NCBI GenBank assembly: GCA_010093705.1 | Contig: MU006089.1 | Span: forward strand, 2,219,561-2,283,560 | Length of the DNA stretch: 64,000 nt | Source: Patellaria atrata CBS 101060 | Taxonomy: Eukaryota | Reading direction: 5' to 3' | Part shown: positions 12,622-24,129 of the stretch, piece by piece | Numbering within the stretch: the first letter of the stretch is position 1 | Layout of the letters: each line of letters starts with the position of its first letter | Notes under the pieces: model-generated | What the model was told of the DNA's origin: nothing | Database searches by the model: none | The model's input: the letters and a program-made list of their open reading frames with translations, nothing else | Made by a program: the position numbers and the translations under genes

Positions 12622-13746
12622 ATGCTCGGTAAACATATCACTTTCTTTTTTGTGGTTCTCTTTGAGGTTGTATTTGCGGCTACAATCTTTAAACCACCCT
12701 CCAATTATAAGGTTCCTCGTACACTATACGCCCGAACGCTACTACTTAATCAGACCGATAATGCAATTCTTGCGACTTGGGAAAACTACTCGCCTGAACC
12801 ACCATACTTCCCGGTGTACCAGTCCAAAGATCTGGGGAAGACATGGACGGAGCTATCAAGGGTAACGGATCAAGTAAATGGTTGGGGTTTACGATACCAG
12901 CCTCATCTATATGAGCTCCCAGTTCAGATGGGGAATTTCTCTGCAGGAACACTCTTGATGGCGGGGAGCTCAATCCCCGAGGACTTAGCTATAACACAGA
13001 TAGATCTCTATACTAGTACGGATAGAGGGTGACGTACCCATCACAGATTCTGGATTCCAGTATACTTACATCTGAACAGACGTACATGGACTTTTGTCTC
13101 GCACATTGCTCGTGGCGGACGTGGTCTTCCCAACAATGGGGAGACACCCGTCTGGGAACCCTTTTTGATGGAGTACAAAGGCAAGATGATCGTTTATTAC
13201 TCCGATCAGCGGGATCGTTCAGCAGGCCAAAAAATGGTACATCAGGTCTCCAGCGATCTGATCAATTGGGATACTCCGGTAGATGATGTCAAGTATAGCA
13301 CCTATAGCTTGCGCCCAGGAATGCCCGTCGTAGCTCTATTGCCCAACGGCCAGTATATCTATGTGTACGAGTATGGAGGGAGCCCTATCAAATCCTTTGG
13401 TATATACTATCGTATGTCAGCAGACCCACTCAACTTTAGAGCAGCACCAGAACAGGTCCTCAGAGCGACCGACGGAACAATACCGACTTCATCCCCTTAC
13501 GTGGTATGGACTCCAGCTGGCGGTTCAAGCGGCACTATCGTAGTAAGCGCCAACTCTCACTCGGAAGTTTTTATCAACAAAAATCTCGGTGCTGTGAATT
13601 CATGGGTCAAGATGGCGACACCCTCAAGCAGATCATACACTCGCAGTCTACTCACGCTTCCTAGCAAGAATGATATATTGATTGTGGGTGCCGGAGTGCT
13701 AAATGGGAACAACAATGCTGTCACTGCCGAAACGATCAGAGTTTAG
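12622..13746 (+). CDS. Secreted GH93 exo-alpha-1,5-arabinanase (BNR/Asp-box beta-propeller)
   Basis: Signal peptide, 'LATWENY', Asp-box 'SKDLGKTW', 'NGWGLRYQP', 'PVWEPFL', 'YYSDQRD' and 'RPGMP'. Intron 13029-13079 restores the frame. Confidence 0.85.
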
Positions 13747-14031
13747 TTATTATTTGAACACTATGAACACGAGCAGCTATAGTCCGAAGTAAAATATCAC
13801 GCTTACATACGACAATCTTCGACATCTGTTACTTTACATGATCTTGACTTCTCGGCAAATCTTGGTCACAATCCCATTCTCTCTATGCGAGAGTTATTGG
13901 TACATTACCTTCATCTACAACCGCTCCACAGTATTGCAGTGATATTATGAACCTTGATAAGTCTTTACCAGATATATGCACAAAAACATACAATTGCATA
14001 TGATGAATAGTTAGCTCTAGATTTACTCACC

Positions 14032-17000
14032 CTAAGTCTTCTTTCCCTTCCCCTTTTCCGCCTCACCCTTCAGCCCTCCCGCCTCACTGCTGACTCTCTC
14101 AGGCTCTATAACAGCCTCGACACAACCGCCAACCAGCCTTGCCCAAACTTCCCTACTCTCACCTTCCCCACCACTCAATGTCCCCTTGTCTCCCACGACA
14201 ACAACACCCCTTTTCGCCCTCGTCATCACGACGTTTATCCTCCTCAAGTCCTTCAAGAATCCCATCTCCCTGGACAAGTTGCACCTCGTCGTGGAAAAGA
14301 CAACATAATCTGCTTCCCGGCCTTGAAAACCGTCGATGCTTGAGATCGAGATCGAGGATGAAGATGGGATGAGGGAGGATAGGAGCGTGCGTTGTCGAGC
14401 ATAAGGGGTTAGGACGGCTATTGAGGGCGGAACGGGTGAAGATGGAGAGGAGGACTGGGAAGCAGGGCTCTGGAGGAGTTTGACGATGCGTTGACAAAGG
14501 AATGCTTGACCCTGATTTGATTTCGATGCGTTGCCGAGATCTTCGGGTGCGGAGCACTGCACGAAGACTCTACGGCCTGACACCGGCCAGGGAAACTGCG
14601 ACGGATGGAGTTCCCGCGCACTATCCGAAACACCAGTGCCAATTTTTTCGTAATAGAATTCCCTTGAGCTGAAGGAGGCGATATCCCTGTGCATGCGATA
14701 CTGCGTGTCGAGCATGATCTTGCTTACGTCCGGGCGTTCGGGGGCTTCGTACAGTCGCTCGAAGAGCGAGACGTCTAAACCGACTGCTAGAGCGCTCTGC
14801 TGCACCGTGGCACGCAACTGGACGTGGTCACCTACGATGACAGCGCGCTGGCACCCTTTAACAAGAGAAACGAGCGATGTTGGTTCGGTTTGCTGAGACG
14901 CTTCGTCGATGACAACAATGTCGAAATTTTCGTCGCGGAGGAGACCGAGTCCGGCGCCGATACAGGTACTGAAGATGATACGGCATTGTTTGATGAGCTT
15001 TTGGGCTTTGCGGCGAGCTTCGGGTTGAGCGTTGAGGTCTTTGCCGACCATGGCGTCGCAAGTGTGAGATTTTAGATCCTCTGCGACTTTTCTGACCTAG
15101 GCGATGTCAGTATCAGAGATAAATTTACTATTTATTGGATGCAAATTACATCTGTAGATACCCTTAGAGGTATTTCACCAGTTATCTCGGATCCCTTTTC
15201 GCTAATGAACTTCCGCAGTACATTATCAACCGCATTATGTGTTGGAGCGGCTACAAGAACACGCAGCGTTGGAGCCGCTATGAGCAGTTGCTGCAGAATC
15301 GCTACGACTGTGCGTGTTTTTCCAGTACCTGGCGGTCCCCAGAGGAACGTTAACGGAGAGGTTAGGGCCACTTCTAGAGCTCTATTCTGGCTATCGTTGA
15401 GCTCTTCATCTTTATGGTATTCAAGCTTCATTCCATACCGCTCAGTAGGCACATACGGTAACCCCGAGAGACTGAAGTACAGCGCGCAGCATTCCTCACG
15501 ACGAGTATACAGTGAAGTAACAGCATCGAAAGCGGTCTTCGCCGATGCAAAAGAGCCACACTTAATGACTGACCAAGAGCATTTCTCAATATAAGAAGGT
15601 AGATCGTGCAAGCACCGAAATACAACTTTACCGTGTTGACTGTTCTCAACAATCGCATCCATTGTATATGGCCTTGCTCCGGGTGAATTGGTCGGAATGC
15701 TGGCTGCTTTGAGCCTGACATGATCTCCAGTATTGAGGACGCCAGCAGAAGATGCATCGATGCGGAGACGACCTTCGACGTAACGTTTCTCATGATCGTT
15801 GACTGTAAGCTCTATTAACCCCTTTCTCTTAAGCCCACTTTGAGTCACCTCGTCAATATAATCCAGAGCAAGGCCAATGAGGTTCTTCACAAATTGTTTG
15901 ATAGCTGCTGGTCGGCCGATGAGTAGACGTATGCTTTCAGGCTCGAGGCAATTTTCACCCATCAGGAGGTCAAAAGCTAATTCTGATGAGCGCACAGTCA
16001 GTGCAATGAGCTCCACGGTCTGTGCGAAATCCTGGAATGAGATCTCCTTTAGTTCGGCTAATACGGCCTTGAATGGTTCAACTATAAGACCTTGCATGGT
16101 TGCGGCCGCGAGAATAAGAGATCTCAATAAAATGGGTGCGTCGAGCAGGAAGTCTTCCTGGAAATTAGTTTGGACCCCCTTCCATGTTTCAGACCTAAGA
16201 AGGAGGGCCGAAAGATAGGGGACATGTTGCAGAAAGTCCACTAGATACTTAATTAGGTCAATGAGTGAGAGCTCTTGGGGAATGTTATTCTTTGCATCTT
16301 CAAGCAAATGGTTGTAGATCGTCCTAATACGGGTTTTCTCGTCTCGATCTAGGAGCCAATAGAGTAGGTGATGTAACTCATTCATCGATCTAATATTCCG
16401 GAGCGCAGCTAGGTCATTATTCTTTACTACCTTAACCAAATATGGTGGTTCCTCAGTCCAATTGACGTTGCGCAGAGTAAGTACAGAGTACTCTCGAGCA
16501 ACCTCCTCGAACAGAGGAAGCGTTTCTTGAGTATCGATATACTGTAACCATAGATCTAGAGTAGCCAAAGCCCTGGTATCTCGATTACTGATGACGTAGA
16601 TCTCCTATAGATGGGATTAGCCTCCCCGATGGTTATTTAACCTATCAAGATACATACAGCTGCTTGAATCCCAGCGCGATTTAGTCTACCTACATGCCGT
16701 CGTATGGGCTCGCTTATCTTGTTCAAAGCTATACTCGCCACAAACTCATGATTAATTCCAGCATCAATGGTCTGTTGCTTTTGCCTTCGTTGATCACCTC
16801 TACTTGGAATGTTTTGGTAGCTAGACCTATCAGCGGCGGCACGATTAAGAAAGATCCAGGTATCTGCTCTCTTATCGTTGTATAGTTGGAATGTTGTGTC
16901 ATCACAATAAACTCGATAGTTCTTTTTTGTTGGGACTACACGATATTGCGCAGAATCGCTACCCTGCGAACGTGGTAAGGCGAAGACTCGAACACTACTA

Positions 17001-19401
17001 TCGACAACGCTCTCGGTCCTCTTTTCGATCTTGTTTGGAATGTATAGCGCCACTGTTAACCTTTGATCGACCTTCAAGATAATCATCTTCTTGTGGAATA
17101 GCTCTAGGATTTGATTTGTAGCACTCATAAATGATCCCATTCTATCTCTGGAACTATCGAAGACTCGTTTCCATCGCAACCCGGGGTAGTGCAGCTTGAA
17201 CTGAGATAATTCCTGCGAGTCAACAAGATTACTCTGAAGCATAGCATTCATGACTAAACATGATGATTCCATTGTTGGTGGAACCTTTCCTAAAGTCCAG
17301 GCTTTCTGTTCATCACTTAAGCTGTTGAAATCAAAATAGGGAAGCAAGTCTACAAAGTCGTAGTCATTTGCAGCGCACCATCTCAGAGCTATTAAAATAA
17401 GTTCAAACTCAGACATGGCGACATGATTCTTGCTCAAAAGAAACTGCATATCATCGAACGAATAAGTATTTTCAGAGAAATCTATTCGGTTTTTGATGAT
17501 TTGGGTGCCAGATTCGTGAAGAATATCAAGGACAAATTCCGGCTGATCAGGTCCGGGCTTTGGCGGGTCTTCCAATTGTGGTGGAACTCTGATGCGATTC
17601 CCGTCCACACATTGAGAAAACAGTCGGTTCAGCTGTTGGCATTCTGCGCTCATTGGACCTTTCAACCGGGCCCAGTCGAGGAATAGATTCTTTACACGCC
17701 CAAGAGACGCGTTAGAGTATCGCGCAAAGAACTCAATTCGGTCTTCCTCAGTCACTGCTTTGAATGTAACATGTTCCTTAGCGGCAGGATATTCCGCAGG
17801 TTCCGATACAGTACTTGGTACAAGGTCAGGATCCCAGCAAACAAAGACTACTGCAAAGGTTAGAAAATTTAAAATGCAAGGGTATGGAATTTCCTTACAC
17901 TTATCTCCATCTAGATCACCACCAGACATCATGTCTGCACTTGGTCTCTTCCCTTGTGTGGGAAAAACGATACAATCCACGAGGTGGGAGAGCTCCGGAT
18001 AATGTACCGTCTTGAATTTTTGTAAATCGCCCGGGTGCAAGCAAGGATTTCGAGTGACTAGCACTTCTGCATTCTTAAGCGTTTGAGGCTGACCGTCGAC
18101 GTCCATGGTAACTCGGACATAGCATTCACCTTGGCGAAGGATACCCCGAGGGTCACAAATTCCAAGGAGCAGTCTAGATTCCATGATGAGAATCCGAGAC
18201 CTTTGCTCATCCCTCTTGTTGAGCATCTTTGAATACTCTTGATTGACAAGCTTCTGCAGTGAGGTTTTGATTGAGCCCACGCCTTTGATAAGAAGTTCCT
18301 CTGCAAGATCTAAGCGGTCACAGAATGACAAGAACTGATAGGAAGTGCGAGGTTCCAAGAAAAACGCATTCGAGAGAAAGTCTAAATACTCAGCTTGCTT
18401 TCGAAGAAGGGTCTTGGTGGAGATTCCTAGAGCATGTAGTAATAGTATTACTTCGTCGTTCAAGTACCCAAATGCATACGGCTAGACTGTTAGCATCCAT
18501 ACCTCGAAACGTAGAGGGTTCCGATGGAGCTGATACTTACCTTTGAATATGCTACTGCAGAAAGAGATAGATCAGTGGCGTCGCGAAACTTTCTCATGGA
18601 ATCTCGGAATTGGACTAAAATCTGTCCTTTCAACAAGGGTTCCAGAGTCAAAACCCCTTTATAGCCACGGTATCTTATTTGATAGACGGACGGAAGATAT
18701 TTCTTATTGCGGAATGTAATATTTGACCCCTTGACAAGTAGTCTTGCCAAATGGGGTGATATGAGACCACAACCATCAGTGAAGGTATAGTCCTGGACTT
18801 CTATGTCTGCAATATCTTCGCATCGTGCTGGGTCTAGTTGTATGCCCATTTCCGTTGATGAAAACAGCAGTCCTATTCGCTTTGCTTTCTTTGCAGCTGT
18901 TTTCAGTTTCGAGAAGTCGCCCATAGACTCTACCTTTTGCTTAATCTCCTCTCGCGATGCAGCTAGGAGAAAGCAAGACCTTGACTTGAGCTGTGAATTA
19001 CTATGTCCGAAGAAGTTATAGTGAATATCATTGATAAAAATACCCCTTTGAAGGAGTCTTGAGATATAGTCTGCCGAGACTCTTGCTGGAACTGGCACCG
19101 TCTCATTCTGTGTCCCTTGGACTATCTGTCGTAACCGGAAGTCCGCAAAAGATATAAGTAGGATACTGGAAGAATGCTGGTTATTGGTAACTCGATTGGA
19201 AGGAAGAGTTTCCAAACGAATCATTATAGATTGCATTGATTTGTTTGACACGACGGATATGGCCTTGACTAATTTATGATGATCAAGCGCAAATGCTGTA
19301 GGAAGGTCATCGAGTTGATATTTCCATGATTGATCATTTACTTCAATGCGTTCCTGAAGAGTACGTTGGTACGCCCGAATGTTGCTCTTCTTAGGAGCCA
19401 T
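14032..19401 (-). CDS. RNA-dependent RNA polymerase (cellular RdRP, QDE-1/SAD-1 superfamily) fused to a C-terminal Upf1/Sen1-like SF1 helicase, ~1717 aa
   Basis: Introns at 18482-18540, 17848-17898, 16605-16657 and 15097-15149, all GT...branch...AG, give a 5154-nt CDS with no stops. RdRP motifs: FTDGCGLIS, QIRYRGYKG, RNPCLHPGD, DCIVFP, GGDLDGD. Helicase motifs: GPPGTGKT, APTHNAVD, DEASQ, GDHVQL, QYRM, DGFQGRE, RINVVMTRAK. Confidence 0.88.
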
Positions 19402-19694
19402 TCTTGTGGATGCTTGGAGAAATTGCTGAAAACAGACTATAAAAAAATCTTCGAGTTCAATGAGAATAGGAAGAAGGTAATCCAAAAGACAGATGCTGTA
19501 AGTGCAAACGAAGTGACTTATTTGAAAGATCAGATAGGGTATTTCTCCTCCACTTCAAACAAGCAAGGCTGAACCTACAGATAAGGTTACACTGCATGAG
19601 CGGGGAATAGGCAGAAGCAATCTTCCAAATTCGTGCCCCTGAAGTTCTTCGCATCTTCTAGTCAAGCACCGAACTATTCAAGTGGCTATTCAAT
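19402..19694. promoter_or_regulatory. Probable bidirectional promoter shared by the RdRP-helicase and AAA_28 genes
   Basis: Only 293 bp separate the divergent start codons (19401 minus, 19695 plus). Function is inferred from geometry alone. Confidence 0.5.
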
Positions 19695-20354
19695 ATGGAG
19701 CAACAAGTCAGAATCTATATCATTGGTGCTCAGTGCACAGGCAAGACCACACTTATCAATGCGCTGGAAACGCACTTCAGCGAACCGGTTAACCGCGATT
19801 GGGACGGTAACTCTTCCAACCCTCCAAATGTTATTAAGGAAGTCGCTAGAAGTGTTCTTCGTGAGCATAGTTTTATCGCAAGCGACATCACCAATTCGCG
19901 GACCAGATGTCTCCAGCTCCAGGAACTCATTCTCAAGGCGCAACACTCTGCAGAATTAGAAACAAACTGGAGTTGGTATTTGTCGGATCGTTCTGGACTG
20001 GACCCCGTGGTGTATGCCACAATTTACGTTGGTCCAGACGAAGCGATGGCACTCATGGAGAGCCAGGAGTTCCAGGAGCTGAAAGAGAGGATGCGGAACT
20101 CATTAGTTATTCTCTGTGAAGCTGGAGTACTCTGGTTAACAGACGATGGAGTGAGGTTGATGCCGAAGGATAACGAAGACTGGATGCGAGTTCATCAGAC
20201 ATTCTGCGAGTTGCTAGTACTCAACGATATTAGGTATAACGTCATTTCCAAAGACATGACAAATCTCGATGATCGTGTGCAGTTAGTGACCAAGCTTTGG
20301 AAAAACTTCAACGTGGATACTAGGAAATTAAGCGGATACATTGAAATGGAGTAA
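19695..20354 (+). CDS. NadR/Ttd14-type (AAA_28) P-loop NTPase, nucleotide-kinase-like
   Basis: Intronless 219-aa ORF. N-terminal 'RIYIIGAQCTGKTT' Walker A, plus 'EVAR', 'LSDRSGLDPVVYA' and 'DDGVR' motifs characteristic of the family. Confidence 0.8.
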   Translation: MEQQVRIYIIGAQCTGKTTLINALETHFSEPVNRDWDGNSSNPPNVIKEVARSVLREHSFIASDITNSRTRCLQLQELILKAQHSAELETNWSWYLSDRSGLDPVVYATIYVGPDEAMALMESQEFQELKERMRNSLVILCEAGVLWLTDDGVRLMPKDNEDWMRVHQTFCELLVLNDIRYNVISKDMTNLDDRVQLVTKLWKNFNVDTRKLSGYIEME

Positions 20355-20949
20355 AGAAGGGAGAAGGTAAAAATCATATCCTTTCTTGCTATGACTGGAG
20401 ATCCTCGGCCTCTGTACACTTGCTCATCATCTACTGGCGAGCGAATGGGGCCGAAACTTAAGAAGTCTTCCTGAGCTGTACATTTGAGCCAATTGTATGG
20501 GTACAAGTCCAGCCTACATTTTTATCTTTCTCGTACAGTGCAGTCGGAGACGGTGTGAGGTGGGAGCGTACTGTACAGTAGGTGAGAGATGCTACAGAAC
20601 GAGAATGGACGCAAAGACAACAGCAAAACAAGTAAAAGCAACGATGATATTGAGATGTAGACTTATACAAAGATGTAGAGAGCTCGAGGAGGTCAACGTT
20701 CAAGGGGCAAGGGTGGTTCAGTCTGCAGCCGAGAAATCTCAAGCCGAATTCAACACTGCCAAGCTCCCTCGATCACATGGAGTGGGAAAATCCAACCCCC
20801 AGTCCGTACGACGTAACCTCTACTTTCCTGATTTCCTTTGTATTTGACTTGCTCTATCGACTTGAAAGTGCACCTGTATTTACATTTGAGCGTTTTCATC
20901 TGCATTTGATACCCCCCATATTGCGTTCTTTAGATCCGACTTCTAATGA

Positions 20950-23019
20950 ATGGCGCAGCCTATAGTGATTAGGGCGTCATCCCGACCTCAAGGTCCTCCT
21001 AGAAGAGAACCTATCAAGCGGTTGATACTGGCCTGTGATGGTGTGGCTCATCATACTAGTCCTTCAGTTCCACCAGCTTGTACTTACGAAGTATGATAGG
21101 GACGTGGTTAAACTCCGATAACACAAAGTTAAACGGAGAACTAGCCATCCCGAGCAATGTGACTAGAATCACCCGAGCTATCAAGCCGGAGAGTTCAGAT
21201 GGCACGCAACAGGTTGTCTTCTACCAGGAAGGCATTGCAACCATGGGAGGTATCTTCACCAGGGTTGTTGGAGGTAAGCAGACAAGAGCTAGGGATGACA
21301 GGTCCGATTCAGATCTGATGCGTTGTATCAGGTGCGATCGGGGCGGGAGTCCAGGAAAATGTTCGAGAAGGCTATTCATTCCTATGCAATAACTACCATC
21401 CGGGCGATGAAATAATCTTGTTGGGTTTCTCGCGGGGAGCATTTACCGCTCGTAGTATCGCAGGACTGATAGCTATCATTGGTCTTCTCACAAAGAAGGC
21501 ATTAAACTACCTTCCAGAGATACATAGGGATGTCCGTAATAGAAGGAAACGAGACTATAAACCCAAGAACCCGGACATTCCTTTCTCTAATAAACCAAGT
21601 GCGAATGACCCAGCTTATGCTCTTGAACTAGAAAGGGCAAGTATCCTTATCGTCAACAAGTCCTTCATGGCTGATAATTAATTCAGCGAGGAATGACATG
21701 GCTTAACGTATCCATCAAAGCAATTGGTGTCTGGGATACTGTAGGAACACTCGGGGTGCCTCGCGTAGGCCTTTTAAACCACCTCCCTATCCAGATGGAT
21801 GATTCCACACACTTCGAAGACACCAAATTAGGAAATCACATTGAAAACGCTTTTCAAGCTCTAGCATTGGATGAAGAGCGCACCAATTTTGCTCCATCTC
21901 TTTGGGAGAAGCCTCCAGGCTGTACAACAGTATACCTCCATTTCGTTGCTCTAAACCCCTCCCTCCAACACCCTGATGGCCCCTATCCCCACTTCAAAAT
22001 TTCTACCTTTATGAAACATATAAACTCTCTCGAACTGAATACTTTGCATTTTTCATATCTCCTATTTTCATCTCTTTATCACACTTCCTCCCCCTAATGC
22101 CTCCATCTCCCACTAACCCCTCTCCAAACAGACCCTCCGCCAAGTCTGGTTCCCCGGCGTTCACTCTAACATCGGCGGCGGCTATCAAGACTCCCAACTC
22201 GCCAACATAACCCTCGCCTGGATGATGTCGCAGCTTGCGCCCCTCCTCTCCCTCAACTATGACTACATCCTCCGCGAGGAGTCCTCAAACGCCGCCTACT
22301 ACCGCTCCACGCGGCAGAAAATCCGTCCCTGGTCCTTCGGCCGCATCTACGACTCGCTCTCCGGCCTCTACAACCTCGGCGGCGGCACCGCCCGCACCCC
22401 CGGCACGTACTACGCCACAGACCCGCGCGATCTCAACCCCACCGAGCGCCCGCTCAGGAACACGTGCGAGTACATACATCCCTCGGTGCGGACGCGGCTC
22501 AGGCTGGGCGGGCCCGGGATGGAGGATGAGGGCGTTTACGGGCCTGAAGCTCTGAAGGACTGGCGCCTCGTCGTAGAGTACCCGAACGACGATCCGGACC
22601 ACGGCGACCCGGATATCTACTGGCGCGCCCGCTTTCCCGAGAAGAGAGTCAGCACGCGTGTGCTCCCGGAAACCCCGTTGTGGGACGTCGAGCGCAGACT
22701 GCTGAGCCGCGACCCGGAGATGATGGATTACGTGATGTTTCCGCCGCCGACGAAGAAGAGGGGGGAGAGGCCTGTCTCGCTGTCCGGACCGGCGAGCGGG
22801 AGAGACGAGAGAAGAGGGGGAAGAAGGGAGGGTGGGGCAAGTGATTACGGTATCAATAGGGAGAGAGATAGAGATCGGGAGAGGAGGAGGTCGGAACCCC
22901 CGCCCTCGAGCTATCAGGAGTGGATGGATCAACAGCGACAGCAGCAGCAGCAACAGCCACAGAGACCCCGTTACTCGGATAGAGATAGGCCTGAGAGGTA
23001 TTATGCGAACCTGGAGTAG
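20950..23019 (+). CDS. DUF2235 (Tle1-like phospholipase catalytic domain) alpha/beta hydrolase
   Basis: Motifs 'KRLILACDGTW', 'SNVTRI', 'GFSRGA', 'GVWDTVG', 'FQALALDEER' and 'QVWFPGVHSNIGGGY'. Four introns, including 21637-21686 (GC-AG) and ~21930-22131. Confidence 0.88.
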
Positions 23020-23882
23020 AGCACACGTCGGAATTCGGAAAACCGTATCGTACCTTGCCCGATGGATCTCCCAATCACGCTCGGAGAAACCAGGTTCCCC
23101 ATTCCTCCCATCTCAGGCTCTCAGCTCTAGCTTCACCATCCCATCCCCCGACATGTATCCAAACCCATCACACCACCACCACCCAATCCGCCTTTACGAC
23201 CCTTCGTCCTCCTAATTACGATACCCCTTCTACGCGCCTCCACAAAAATCCCGCGCATCGAGCTTCGGTAAACGGAACAGCAATTCATCATTATTATCCG
23301 GGATCCCAGAATAGCATCTTATCGAGACCTTAGGTCGCGGGATCTAGACCTAGCTCAGACTACTATCACGCGGGCTCTCTACACGGGCGATCCTCGGCAC
23401 TCAAATCGCCATTACCCAAAGCGGTAGTCCCATTACTTTCATGTCGAGATCCTCAGGTGCAGCATGATCACACCTCAGAAAAACCCAACGCACCAGGAAA
23501 GAATCTCAAATATAAACTTTTTAAATTATTTTCAAATCTACTGTCTTCCTCTCAACCAGGGGTGAAAAAGAAATACCTGATAGATAAGGTATCTCTAACC
23601 CCATCCACCAGAAAAGTAAGAAACGTATCTATCGTACACACAAACCCCCCAACTCTCCCGATGCTTTTGTGTGTATTAAATAAAAGAGGAAATATCGTTC
23701 CGTGGGGAAGCTCAGTCCAGCACGAGTCCCAACCGCCGCAACCCACGCCCTCCTTCCTACTCGTACATTCCTCCTGAGCCCGATACCCAGTTCCTGGTGT
23801 GCATGCGCTAAATCGAAAGTGAGAGAAAAAGAGATATATTGAAAAAGAAAAAGCAAAAAAAAAATCTACAAACGCAGTGAAA

Positions 23883-23982
23883 NNNNNNNNNNNNNNNNNN
23901 NNNNNNNNNNNNNNNNNNNNNNNNNNNNNNNNNNNNNNNNNNNNNNNNNNNNNNNNNNNNNNNNNNNNNNNNNNNNNNNNNN
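23883..23982. other. Assembly gap (100 N)
   Basis: Run of Ns with A-rich sequence on its left flank. Confidence 0.99.
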
Positions 23983-24129
23983 AAACCGCAGGAATAGAAA
24001 CCGACCAACATTTCAGGACCATGACGCCGTTTTCCACAATTTTGTGCGCCCAAGAATGAAATTAAGAGCAATCTAACCAGCCAAGACTGCAAAAAAGGGA
24101 AAATTGATAAGGGAAAGGGGGAGGAGGTA

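Noticed and set aside
14032..19485. Viral or retroelement origin for the RdRP
   Set aside because: The motifs are those of the cellular double-psi-barrel RdRP (DxDGD), not a viral palm-domain GDD enzyme; the gene has spliceosomal introns and no terminal repeats.
20950..23019. DUF2235 (Tle1-like) gene as a third member of the RdRP/AAA_28 cassette
   Set aside because: A common fungal family; adjacency alone is not evidence without synteny data.
22235..23333. Multiple overlapping ORFs on both strands at the DUF2235 3' end (likewise at 30224-31457)
   Set aside because: By-product of extreme GC content and skew suppressing stop codons.
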